From: a virus
Virus record (IMG/VR): IMGVR_UViG_3300033047_000016
Length of the DNA stretch: 64,000 nt
Reading direction: 5' to 3' (one strand)
Positions 8,378 to 18,000 of this stretch are shown here, one piece after another. Within the stretch, counting starts at the first letter, position 1, and every line of letters starts with the position of its first letter. The notes beneath the pieces are model-generated. The model was not told the DNA's origin. It searched no databases and saw only the letters and a list, made by a program, of their open reading frames with translations. The position numbers and the translations under genes were made by a program.

Positions 8378-8980
8378 ATGAGATTCATTGGCGACATTCA
8401 TGGCGAGATTTTCTCGTACATGCCGATCATAGATGGTTCCACGGAATCAGTACAGGTAGGTGACTTCGGGATTGGATTCTTAAATGAATATGGTCTTGTT
8501 GATACTCTGCATGCAGACGGAAAACACAAATTCATTCGTGGAAACCACGACGACCCGGAGCTATGTAAAAAGCGTCCGGGATACATCGCTGATGGTACGT
8601 ACGACGACAGAGGAATTCTGTACGTTGGTGGTGCTTGGTCGATTGACTGGAAGTTCCGTACACCGGGATATACGTGGTGGCCAGAGGAAGAGTTGAATAC
8701 CCCAGAACTGGCGCGCATGCACGAACTATATGTGCACCACAAGCCACGCATCATGGTAACGCACGATGCACCTCTCTCAGTCTCTTTTGATATGTTCATT
8801 AGAGGGACTCAGAAGGTGTGGCACAAGACCAGAACAGCCGAAGCGTTGGAGGGCATGTTTCTCCGCCACAAGCCGGAAATATGGATATTTGGCCATTGGC
8901 ACGAGAACCGCGACGAAGTAATCGACGGTACCCGGTTCATATGTCTTGGGATTAATTCGTATATTGATCTGAAAGTGTAA
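8378..8980 (+). CDS. calcineurin-like metallophosphoesterase
   Basis: GDIHG, VGDFG, RGNHD, THDAP and FGHWH motifs. Confidence 0.9.
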   Translation: MRFIGDIHGEIFSYMPIIDGSTESVQVGDFGIGFLNEYGLVDTLHADGKHKFIRGNHDDPELCKKRPGYIADGTYDDRGILYVGGAWSIDWKFRTPGYTWWPEEELNTPELARMHELYVHHKPRIMVTHDAPLSVSFDMFIRGTQKVWHKTRTAEALEGMFLRHKPEIWIFGHWHENRDEVIDGTRFICLGINSYIDLKV

Positions 8981-8998
8981 GAAAGTTCCTCCGCGTCC

Positions 8999-9027
8999 TT
9001 GACAAGTATAGCCTGTGGTAATATATA
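8999..9027 (+). promoter_or_regulatory. sigma70-like promoter
   Basis: TTGACA-N17-TATATA; AAGGAGG RBS downstream. Confidence 0.7.
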
Positions 9028-9054
9028 GGTTACACAAACGCAAAGGAGGATCAC

Positions 9055-9165
9055 ATGGAAAAGTTTTTAGGATATGTTGTTGCCGCGCTGGCTGGCGCTG
9101 GCCTTATTGTCGTGGTTGACAAGAATTTGTTTGACCACCCGACGCTTCTGTTGAAGTGGTTGTGA
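9055..9165 (+). CDS. small membrane peptide (36 aa)
   Basis: Strong RBS; MEKFLGYVVAALAGAGLIVVV... Confidence 0.55.
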   Translation: MEKFLGYVVAALAGAGLIVVVDKNLFDHPTLLLKWL

Positions 9166-9167
9166 TC

Positions 9168-9422
9168 ATGGAAGAGGCACCAAAGAAAAAAGCACCCGTA
9201 CAACCGTTCGCCGAACTCGGAAACGCTATCTGGGCTGACGGATGGAAGACCGGCAGATCGGAAGGATTCTCTGAAGGATTCAAGGCCGGGAAAAGTGCCA
9301 TGTCTGGGTGGGCGATGCCTATCGTTATTTTGGTCACCCTTGTCATTGGTATGGCGTTTGGAGCGTTGTTTATTGCCTCCATGCCTGCAATTCAGCTTGA
9401 GCCGGGGGTGATCTATGACTGA
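9168..9422 (+). CDS. membrane protein
   Basis: C-terminal transmembrane segment. Confidence 0.6.
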   Translation: MEEAPKKKAPVQPFAELGNAIWADGWKTGRSEGFSEGFKAGKSAMSGWAMPIVILVTLVIGMAFGALFIASMPAIQLEPGVIYD

Positions 9423-10050
9423 TCCGCTTAACTTCGAAGGTCCTATCCCCAATGCCGTTGTTTATATGGTCGAAGACTTCCTCAAAACTCCGGTTGCCAG
9501 CGATGGCGGATGGGTTGATATCACTGACGAAGACTGGAAGATGCTTCATGAGATCGTTCACTCGATCATCGAGGCAAAGTTTCAACGCGACTGTGACAAC
9601 GATCAATCTGTGGGGTTTGCACTATGTAACCGCAAGAACGGCAGCATGGAGACAATACGGGTCCCGTACACGTTGGAGAGTCCACAGGACATGGAACAAG
9701 CTGTGCATGCAATGGGCCATGCCGCAAGCATCATTGACCGTTTGTCCAAAACTGTGTCATATATGATGTCAACCAAGCGCCTACGCGTAGAAAGAGGCAT
9801 AAAAATGCAGGCGGTCACCAGTTTTCTGGCAAGCTACGGGCACATCAGGGCATATGCCCGCGTAGATGGGTGGCTTAAAAGTGATGGGAGCGGGCTGTTC
9901 ATAGGTAAAGACGACAGTGTATGGGAACCTCTCGGCCTGACTTGCGCGGAACTGCAAGCTGTATACCGGGACAATTTAGGGAATGGTCGAAGCAACGACA
10001 TGCTGGACGAGACCCTGATTAATGCAACGAAATGTATGGAGGGAAATTAA
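9415..10050 (+). CDS. hypothetical protein
   Basis: Long ORF in operon. Confidence 0.7.
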   Translation: MTDPLNFEGPIPNAVVYMVEDFLKTPVASDGGWVDITDEDWKMLHEIVHSIIEAKFQRDCDNDQSVGFALCNRKNGSMETIRVPYTLESPQDMEQAVHAMGHAASIIDRLSKTVSYMMSTKRLRVERGIKMQAVTSFLASYGHIRAYARVDGWLKSDGSGLFIGKDDSVWEPLGLTCAELQAVYRDNLGNGRSNDMLDETLINATKCMEGN

Positions 10051-10051
10051 G

Positions 10052-10504
10052 ATGATTTTATACCGGCAACAATGGATCATGCGCAGCGACCTGATCAACA
10101 ACCCGAATGTGCTGTATCTCTTTGGTGACAACACCAAGCGGCGCGGACTAGGTGGACAGGCAAAAGAAATGCGTGGTGAGCAAAACGCCTGCGGCATCGC
10201 CACCAAAGCACTCCCATCCCAAATGGATGATTCCTATTTCAGTGACGACACTTTCTTGGCTAACGCCGAGATAATCTCTGGTGACTTCCGGCGGGCGTTC
10301 GCGCACCGAGAGACCAGAGAAATGATTGTCCTGCCCACCGACGGGCTTGGCACTGGTTTGTCAGAACTGCCGGAACGGGCACCAAAGACAAATGAATTTC
10401 TTTTGTGGTTGATCTACATGCTCGAATCAGGTAAAGAACCTGCATGGAAGCAACTGCTGAATGGAGGTTTCAATGACTACACTAAATGCGAACTGGCTGA
10501 CTAA
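10052..10504 (+). CDS. conserved phage protein, possibly macro-domain-like
   Basis: LFGDN...GLGGQAKEMRGEQNACGIATK and PTDGLGTGL motifs. Confidence 0.6.
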   Translation: MILYRQQWIMRSDLINNPNVLYLFGDNTKRRGLGGQAKEMRGEQNACGIATKALPSQMDDSYFSDDTFLANAEIISGDFRRAFAHRETREMIVLPTDGLGTGLSELPERAPKTNEFLLWLIYMLESGKEPAWKQLLNGGFNDYTKCELAD

Positions 10505-11672
10505 CCCCGCGTTCCTGCGCGTCACTACTGCGCTGGAAGAGGCAGGCTTTGAAGCATACGCCGTTGGTGGTTGTGTGCGGGACGCCCTAACGGGCGTTAC
10601 CGCTAAAGACATAGACGTAGCAACCAACGCACGCCCACATGATCTGCCAAAAATATTTGGCGTGAAACCTTATACCGGACAGAAAGAAACCATGCGTAAT
10701 GGTGATGTAGCCCTGTACCCAACAGGTGTTGCCCATGGCACGTGGACTGTCCGCGTAGGTACGGATGAGGTTGAAGTCACCTCATACCGTAAAGATGTTG
10801 ACACGGACGGGCGCAGGGCGACGGTTGAATTTGCCGACACCATGGAGGTTGACGCACAGCGGCGTGACTTCACCATGAACGCTCTGTACGCAGATCGACA
10901 TGGTAAGGTGTACGACCCAACCGGGGAAGGTCTTGACGATTTGAGCGCGGGAGACGTGCGCTTCGTAGGCAATGCAGAAGAGCGTGTGCAGGAAGACTAC
11001 CTGCGTATCCTGCGGCTGTTCAGGTTTCACGCACGTTTTGGGCGCAAAACTATGGGTATGTGGGAGAGCGCTGCGGCGCTGAAGTATGCGCAAAAGATAC
11101 AGAAAAACGTTTCTGGTGAACGGATATGGGACGAGTTGAAGAAAATAATGGCGCTGCCTCGCCCTTCGGAAGCCCTACGTGAAATGGAAGCCACTGGTGT
11201 TTTCATGGCGCTGTTTGGCACCAGCTTATCACCAACGCTATCAGATATGATGGTGAAAGAACGCCGTTACAATCTCACGCCTGAGTGGTCCAGACGCTAT
11301 TTCGCGGCAACAGGACGTATGGATATACCATTCCCAGCGTCCACTCGCGAACGCAAGCTGGTCGAAGGTACGTTTAAAGCATGCAATGACTACAAGATAT
11401 ATGGGCAGTCGGCTTTGGCGCATAAGTACGGGCAACAGGAAGCGATAACTGCGGCGATGGTGCGTGGCTTGTCCTTTGAACCAAGTGCGGTAGATAGAGG
11501 TACTGTTGCAGAAATGCCACTAAATGCCACAATGTTACTGAATCACGGCTTCACACCCGGACCAGTGATGGGAAAAGCGCTGTCGTTGGCGAAGGAGTAC
11601 TGGTACGCAACCAACCTTCAGGCGTCTGCACAGATGTTGCTCACTGTTGTCACAGAGGAGGTGGAAGAATGA
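10473..11672 (+). CDS. cca: CCA-adding tRNA nucleotidyltransferase (class II)
   Basis: VGGCVRD, DIDVAT, EVTSYR, DAQRRDFTMNAL, EDYLRILRLFRF and SGERIWDEL motifs. Confidence 0.92.
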   Translation: MTTLNANWLTNPAFLRVTTALEEAGFEAYAVGGCVRDALTGVTAKDIDVATNARPHDLPKIFGVKPYTGQKETMRNGDVALYPTGVAHGTWTVRVGTDEVEVTSYRKDVDTDGRRATVEFADTMEVDAQRRDFTMNALYADRHGKVYDPTGEGLDDLSAGDVRFVGNAEERVQEDYLRILRLFRFHARFGRKTMGMWESAAALKYAQKIQKNVSGERIWDELKKIMALPRPSEALREMEATGVFMALFGTSLSPTLSDMMVKERRYNLTPEWSRRYFAATGRMDIPFPASTRERKLVEGTFKACNDYKIYGQSALAHKYGQQEAITAAMVRGLSFEPSAVDRGTVAEMPLNATMLLNHGFTPGPVMGKALSLAKEYWYATNLQASAQMLLTVVTEEVEE

Positions 11673-12001
11673 ACTTTGTTTACGCACCAACCAGACGCAA
11701 CCACCGGGCCATCATAGGCCCGGTAGGCTGCATCAGCACCTCAAGAACAGACGGTAGAGGGCCTTTCGGAACGATTACGTACGACCGCCCCCTATCGAAA
11801 AATGAAATCGAGAAATGGGAGCTAAGCACGGTCGATATGCCGCGTGTTAACTATATCGTGTTTGGGGTAAGAGAGAATGGAAATCGCGAGCTTCTGTTGC
11901 GCTGGGAACGGGAAATGCCCGGAGCTTTTGATGCTGCACAAAAACGCGCCGATGAAATATCAGAGGAGTTTGTAGATTATGTCGTCACCCCAGAATCTTG
12001 A
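11669..12001 (+). CDS. hypothetical protein with DarA C-terminal-like N-terminal domain
   Basis: FGTITYDRPLSKNEIEKWEL resembles the G...Y.RPL...E...YEL pattern. Confidence 0.5.
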   Translation: MNFVYAPTRRNHRAIIGPVGCISTSRTDGRGPFGTITYDRPLSKNEIEKWELSTVDMPRVNYIVFGVRENGNRELLLRWEREMPGAFDAAQKRADEISEEFVDYVVTPES

Positions 12002-12182
12002 ACCAAAAATAGCTGATTACGATTACATTGGCAGCGCCGTAGGAAACGCATTCTTTTCTGGTGTGACTTTTGACACGTTGTGGGACTGTATTAACAACGC
12101 AAACACACGCGAAGGGGTGGATGCTAACGTATCGGCGGCAATTAATGCTAAAGAGGCCCTTGACAGCATGGTTTCAAAGTAA
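11979..12182 (+). CDS. hypothetical protein
   Basis: GAGGAG RBS. Confidence 0.6.
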   Translation: MSSPQNLEPKIADYDYIGSAVGNAFFSGVTFDTLWDCINNANTREGVDANVSAAINAKEALDSMVSK

Positions 12183-12183
12183 T

Positions 12184-12411
12184 ATGTCTGGACTTGATAC
12201 GCTGCTGAGTATGGTAAGAGCTAGAAATGTGTTCAAAAGCATAGCCAGTGGGCGGCGGTACAGGATGCCGTGTGGAGATAGCAGGCTGGTCGCGAGGATG
12301 CACATGTTTGGAGCAGTCCGACTGGTTTACCCGAAAGATCGGGAAATAACAACGTCGTGGGTCCTGACGGACCTTGGACTTAGTAAATTGGAGTTGATCA
12401 GTGGAATCTGA
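12184..12411 (+). CDS. hypothetical protein (winged-helix-like C-terminus)
   Basis: Packed ORF; WVLTDLG ending. Confidence 0.5.
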   Translation: MSGLDTLLSMVRARNVFKSIASGRRYRMPCGDSRLVARMHMFGAVRLVYPKDREITTSWVLTDLGLSKLELISGI

Positions 12412-12760
12412 ATGCCATTATTGTGGGACAACAGACAAACATAGGTGCAGAACACAGGAGAACGCTGATGTGTGTCTGAGTTACGCCCAGAAAGACATGC
12501 GACGCATTGATCTGACGAAGAAGACACCAGAGACGCTAAAAGACTTGCCTGAGTTGGCGCTGACACAGCGCCTGCAAAAGACAGTAATACGTGTTAGGAC
12601 ACACGTTGATGGCATACCGGGGCGAACATGTGTAGAGGTTACCAGTTCTAATCCTACTGGAGATATTGCGGCATTTGTTATTGAAACCAACGAGCTACCA
12701 AAGATTATCGAATTATTGCAACAGGTGCACGAGTACACCAAGAAAGGAATACTGAAATGA
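12401..12760 (+). CDS. hypothetical protein
   Basis: CHYC...H.C...C N-terminus; GGAG RBS. Confidence 0.6.
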   Translation: MESECHYCGTTDKHRCRTQENADVCLSYAQKDMRRIDLTKKTPETLKDLPELALTQRLQKTVIRVRTHVDGIPGRTCVEVTSSNPTGDIAAFVIETNELPKIIELLQQVHEYTKKGILK

Positions 12761-13122
12761 ACAACAAGATTGACATCATCATCGTGGACAACTTCAAAGT
12801 GTCACGCGACTTCCTCTTGAGCTTCTTTGGGATCAGCCCCGGAGTGCAAAACTTCGGCGCATTGGAACCATACGTCAAGCTCTTGGCGGCATTGCGGGCA
12901 CTCCCCCCGGCGGCGCTGGAAGACATTGCCCGCCCGTTGTTGGAAAACCTGTTCAGCGAAATGGGGTTTGACCCGCGCAAGGATCGCCTGAAGGCGGCAC
13001 CGTACGTCGATATGTTCGCGCTGTATATTCAGGATTCAGTTACCCTGCTTATCCAAAATATGGAACACCAAAATCAAGCGCAGGCGGCGCTTCGTTCTGG
13101 GCGCGGGAGTATGTTGATATGA
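12757..13122 (+). CDS. hypothetical protein
   Basis: ATGA overlap with previous gene. Confidence 0.7.
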   Translation: MNNKIDIIIVDNFKVSRDFLLSFFGISPGVQNFGALEPYVKLLAALRALPPAALEDIARPLLENLFSEMGFDPRKDRLKAAPYVDMFALYIQDSVTLLIQNMEHQNQAQAALRSGRGSMLI

Positions 13123-13307
13123 GGGTTTTTCGTGGCATTATAGCCGTTTGGCTGCTTGTGGTGGCGTTTGCATTTTATGGGTGGGGTTCAAATCTTGTCA
13201 ATGTTCTATCCATGGACAATATAGACTACAGCGACGGCACCACTGTCGCCCAACTTGTCGGAATACCATTTGCACCTCTTGGTGCCATTATGGGCTATAT
13301 TAAGTAA
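13119..13307 (+). CDS. small membrane protein
   Basis: YGW..NLV...LVGIPFAPLGAIMGY pattern typical of small phage membrane proteins. Confidence 0.7.
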   Translation: MRVFRGIIAVWLLVVAFAFYGWGSNLVNVLSMDNIDYSDGTTVAQLVGIPFAPLGAIMGYIK

Positions 13308-13609
13308 TGTTGGCACTCTCAGACATCACATTTGACAAGTATTTGTACGACGATAAGCCTACTCTTGTCATGTTTCATGCGGTGTTTGCCGGTACGTGCA
13401 ATATGTCTATGCCTGAATTTATCCAAGCGGCAAAGACTAGAAAAGATGTGAGGTTTGCCACGTTTGACTTAGATGGGAACCCAGACATTCCAGAACGATA
13501 TGGCGTTCGCGGTATCCCATTATTTGTCCTGTTCAAAGATGGGGTGCCCACCAATCCTACAATCGGGGCGCTGAATGAGGAACAGATATTGGAGGTGATT
13601 GATGGATGA
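13307..13609 (+). CDS. thioredoxin-fold protein with degenerate active site (AGTC)
   Basis: FHAVFAGTC in place of FWAxWCGPC; YGVRGIPLFVLFKDG and IGAL conserved. Confidence 0.85.
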   Translation: MLALSDITFDKYLYDDKPTLVMFHAVFAGTCNMSMPEFIQAAKTRKDVRFATFDLDGNPDIPERYGVRGIPLFVLFKDGVPTNPTIGALNEEQILEVIDG

Positions 13610-14006
13610 TACCAGAACACTTTTTGAAATACTTGTGCCGTGCCAGTGGAATGACGGCACGCCGATACGCACACGCCACCACCGTGAGTGGGACAGGCGC
13701 GTCAGAAAGATCACTAATGGACTGACCATAATGCGTCCTGCCAAAGGTCAGTGGATACACAAAGACGAATTATACGAGGATCGCGTTATCCCTGTTCGGT
13801 TGTGCTGCAAGCCTTCCGATATGGTTGAAATTGCTAACATAACCATCGCACACTACGAACAGAAAGCGGTGATGTATTACGAGATTAGCACATGGTGTGT
13901 GATACAAAATGCGACATCAAACCAAGAGAAAAAGTTCACACACGTTCGAAACACCGTAGCAACGGAGATAGCAAATGCCCTTAATTCCGACCATCAATGT
14001 TCGTGA
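13602..14006 (+). CDS. hypothetical protein
   Basis: GGAGG RBS; HHREWD..VR.IT.GLTI..P.KGQW. Confidence 0.7.
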   Translation: MDDTRTLFEILVPCQWNDGTPIRTRHHREWDRRVRKITNGLTIMRPAKGQWIHKDELYEDRVIPVRLCCKPSDMVEIANITIAHYEQKAVMYYEISTWCVIQNATSNQEKKFTHVRNTVATEIANALNSDHQCS

Positions 14007-14298
14007 CGACACGGGAAACAACGAGATATACCTAACCACTGTAGATCAATATAGCACCGCGCACGACGCGGCGTATGATCTGTGGACCAGCGTACACAAC
14101 GCCTCTAAGATTTTTGGTGGCAAGGCTTTACTGCGCACACCAAAGGACGGAGAACATGGTTATCTTGTCCGATGGGAACTAGGGCCTAAGCAATGGGCTG
14201 ACGCCTATGTCGTTTGTGATGGCGCTGACGCGCCCGGTTTTGCATCATCATCTGAATCTGTTGATGGCATGGAAGTACGATTTGTCGATTTAGATTGA
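13975..14298 (+). CDS. hypothetical protein
   Basis: GGAG RBS; VRWELGPKQWA. Confidence 0.7.
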   Translation: MPLIPTINVRDDTGNNEIYLTTVDQYSTAHDAAYDLWTSVHNASKIFGGKALLRTPKDGEHGYLVRWELGPKQWADAYVVCDGADAPGFASSSESVDGMEVRFVDLD

Positions 14299-14323
14299 CA
14301 CCAAACGAATCAATCCTTATATG
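14295..14323 (+). promoter_or_regulatory. sigma70-like promoter with CGAATCA in spacer, upstream of non-coding region
   Basis: TTGACA-N17-TATATG. Confidence 0.7.
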
Positions 14324-14329
14324 ACCAGT

Positions 14330-14555
14330 ACACGTTGCTTAGTATGCAACTAGGTGCGGATTTGCCCCGCGTCGGTGGGAAGGGATTTACTATCCTAAAA
14401 CAAAAGGCACCGGACCTCGGAGAGGATACGCCTTCGGTGGGCGGAAAGATGAAAGCGTGGAGGGTTCGCCCTATGAACCGTTACATCAGCCGACTACAAC
14501 TCATACTGTCTAGGACGTATATTCATTACGTCTTGGTAGAACTTACTTCTCTTCA
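14330..14555 (+). ncRNA. candidate structured non-coding RNA
   Basis: Promoter but no RBS-led ORF; at least 6 hairpins including AGGG-TTCG-CCCT; long-range GTCGG/CCGAC pairing; long terminal stem 14506-14539. Confidence 0.5.
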
Positions 14556-14645
14556 CATGATCTTTATCGTACGTCTGTAATAGGGCTAGAACGCGATCAA
14601 GAGATTCCCATTGCCCCTTTCTGTAGGCAGCTTCTATTTCCTCGG

Positions 14646-14846
14646 TCACAACTTCACCAGTTCGCCGTTGCACAGCTTACGAAGCCAGCGGTATCCTGTC
14701 ACCACTTGGTGGTCGTAGTACACAAACCCACATACATCACAAATACAGTCCCCACCAGCGCGCTTCCAGTCACCACGATCCACTCGGACAATGTCAGGGC
14801 GGTAAGGGCGAACACGCTCTAGTTGGGCATCATCTGGATAATCCAT
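14646..14846 (-). CDS. small Cys/His zinc-binding protein, paralog 2
   Basis: CICDVCG..Y..H...WLRKLCNGELVKL. Confidence 0.8.
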   Translation of the reverse strand: MDYPDDAQLERVRPYRPDIVRVDRGDWKRAGGDCICDVCGFVYYDHQVVTGYRWLRKLCNGELVKL

Positions 14847-15022
14847 TACAACTTCACCAACTCACCGTCGCATAATCTGCGCAACCATCCGTACCCCGGA
14901 ACACGGACGTGTTCGTCGTACCGACAACCGCAATCACACACATAACTTGCATGTGCTTCATCCCAGTCCCCGTCCTGAACGCGTATAACGTCAGGACGGG
15001 ATGGTATAGTAAGTCTTGCCAT
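14846..15022 (-). CDS. small Cys/His zinc-binding protein, paralog 1 (58 aa, not in ORF track)
   Basis: MARLTIPSRPDVIRVQDGDWDEAHASYVCDCGCRYDEHVRVPGYGWLRRLCDGELVKL; TGATG and TAATG couplings. Confidence 0.8.
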   Translation of the reverse strand: MARLTIPSRPDVIRVQDGDWDEAHASYVCDCGCRYDEHVRVPGYGWLRRLCDGELVKL

Positions 15023-18000
15023 CAGAGGTCCACATTACTTTCCGGGGCCTGCTGGGTTACCTTCAGGTACCAATAATAGCCACTCTTACCACGCTTGCCG
15101 CGCAATACCTGCGCCTCTGTACCATCGGACAAGGCCATGACTCGGCCTTCGTAGGTGCCAAGGAACTTGCCAAAGTTACGCGGGTCATACGTAGGCTCAT
15201 CGTCAACAGAACGCTTCAGACGTAGTGGCAGTTGCAGGTCACCCTGAATAGCCATCTGAATAAGATCAGGCTCACTTTGATCTGCGGAACGCATCAGCAC
15301 CGGCTTGTCGATGAACGTGGTCCACCAAGCGTCGAGGAACAATGTAATATCGTCTTCACCACCATCGCTGGCACGCTCTTTCAACTCGTCGCGGTTAGCT
15401 AAGAAGCCACCCATACCAGCATCGCGTAGGATGCCACCCATCACACGTGACCAATTTTCGTAAGAGTTTAAAACCACACTACTATCTCCTTCCATACCGT
15501 TTGCTACCCAATTCTGTATCAACGTCAGGCAAGCCCATACAAGCTCCCCGCGATTGTCAGCTATCCACCCTCGAATATCGCCGTGACGCCACCCTGTGCG
15601 GCTCTCTGGGCTTGATATGTTGGCATTAAGGTCAACCATGACCAGACGACGCACCAGTTCCGGGGAAAGGCGGACGTTGTTACCACAAAGAACCCAAACG
15701 GCGCGCACTTCTGTTTCTATCGACTGGGTCTTCCCCAGTTGCCGACCTTTATACTTAGGCGATGTAAGTGCAGAAGCCAATTCCCCACTGTCAACACTGT
15801 CACCAATGTTATCGAAGTAGATAATGTTTGAACCATCGGATAGGATGGTCAACAGTGTCTTAGACATTTCTTCTTTGTTGGTAGGTATTGACATTGCAGC
15901 CGTAACCTCGCCGTTGGCGATGATAGAACAAACATCGGTGAGCAATGATGCACCAGTACCGGGGGACGGTTTTGTAAGCAAGTGACCCGGCGTAGGACCA
16001 TCAACCATGTCGCGGCAGAACATCAACAGCAACATGGCTGTTGCATTTGTCAAGGCTGGCACCCCCGCACTTGCAGGGTTCAGCGCAGTCTCGACAATCT
16101 CATCGCGTGTCAGTCCCCCTAATGGAAAGTCCGCAAACACTTCTTCAACCAGAAGTCGTTTAGCTTTTGCAACGTCCTCTTCTGTGGGAACGTCTGGCAC
16201 TTGAGGGACGTCGAGAACACCATCATTCCAATAGAATAACCCACTTTCATGATAACCCGGCGTGGTGATTAAGGCACCATCACGTGTGAATGTTGGCGTA
16301 GTCACTAGACCGCGCAATTTAGGATACACTGTGTGTGCTGATGAAAACAATTGGGATACTACCTCTGTTGGGATCGAAACCGCACGGCGTCGCTCGATAT
16401 CACCCATGGCAGAAATGTGGTGCCACTTAGTGAATTGGTTCATTTCAGCAGAAAACTGCTTTTCAGTTAGCATTCGAATTCTTGGCAGACGATCTGCCGT
16501 TTCTTCGATGCGCGCCACGTCGTCAATGTAGTGGAACAGTCGTGGACGTTCTGCGTTGGCGTCTTGGATTCTTTTATTGCCCCAAGATACCATTTCGCTG
16601 AAGTCCCACTGGTTTACCACTGGAATAGCATCTGTGTCTTGATTGTTTTCTGCGGCTTCTTCACGCTGTCTGCGGGCGTGATCATTACGAACATCAGCCC
16701 ACATCTTACGTAGTTGTGTTTTGTTGAGGCGCGTTTGCGTGGACAATACATCATTTATTGCCCCCTGTGTAGTTAAATCAGCACCCAATTTGAAATGCCT
16801 CTTAATGAATTTGCGAATCTTTGCCTCAGTTGAGTCGTTAGTGAATTCAGCCGCCTCTTGTTCCGGCGTCTTAGGTCCAGCCTCTTCTTCCACCACGTCT
16901 TCTGGGGAATCTGCTTCGCCCATATTCCATTCATCATCCCTCAACAGCGTTTCGTCAAACCACGCATCGTCAAGCATTTGCTTGAGGAATTCCAACTTGT
17001 CCCGACCCTGACAAGCATCGTGCTTGCAGAACATCGTCCAGTACCCGTGTTCGCTGTTAGCGTCCGGGTTCATGGCCATGGTGGCGGTGCCACCCTCTGT
17101 TGTATGCTCGTGCTCGAACGGGCATTCCAAGTGAACGGAACCCACCTTTTCGCCGCCCGCTTTGCGGAGTTTGTCTTGACAGAAGGATTCGATAACGTCA
17201 GCCATCATGAAGCGTTCTTTGTGCTTCGTGTGCCAGCGGTTAAGGTTCAACCCTTTAGGAGAGTAGAATGTGTCGCGATCATCCGCGCCATTGCCCCCGG
17301 TACCTTCCATGAACGGGTCTTCGCCCGCGCCACGTGTCTTGACATATGTTGCCTTGCTGTATGGTTCAATGTCTTCGAAACGCAGAGGCGTTCCTTGGAT
17401 TATGGCACTGTACCACTCTGCACCCGGCGGGTGGCGGGGTGTGAAAAACAAACGGTTGACGTCGCAGGACGTAGAGTCAAACGACACGTCGATCATATTG
17501 ACTGCCACGCCTGTTACAGCGTCCGCCCAGACCTCTTTCCACCCTGTTACGGTTGGTGCTAGGTCAGAAAGCTTTACAGGCACTGCAAGCGGCAGAATTA
17601 CGCGGAACTTATCCAACGGCGGGGTTTCGATAATGACACGCAGACCTTCGGCGGTTTGCTTGCGAAATTCAATTACCTTGATACTGTCGATGAAGGGTTC
17701 GTCATAGCGATCTTTGTGATGCTCACGCATGTATTGCTGAACCTGCGCCCGGTTTGGCGTAGCGTCCAACTTCATCTTACGCATAATATCGTCGTGCTTC
17801 AGTTCCAGCTTGGTTTTGCCGTGACTGTGCGACGTGTAGACAATGGCGAACAGGCCAAGCTTTTTCAACTTTTCGATCACGACGTCCAATGAAGCGCCGC
17901 TGTCAACGTCCAGCCCGATTGAACTCATTGTTTCAATTGCTGCATCCTTACGGGAACCGCCGATTGCGTCGGCGAAGACAATTGATGCACCTTCTTTGGT

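Noticed and set aside
14335-14580. 81-aa ORF in the non-coding gap
   Set aside because: TTG start with no RBS, only a few bases after the predicted start site; structure-rich sequence is better explained as RNA
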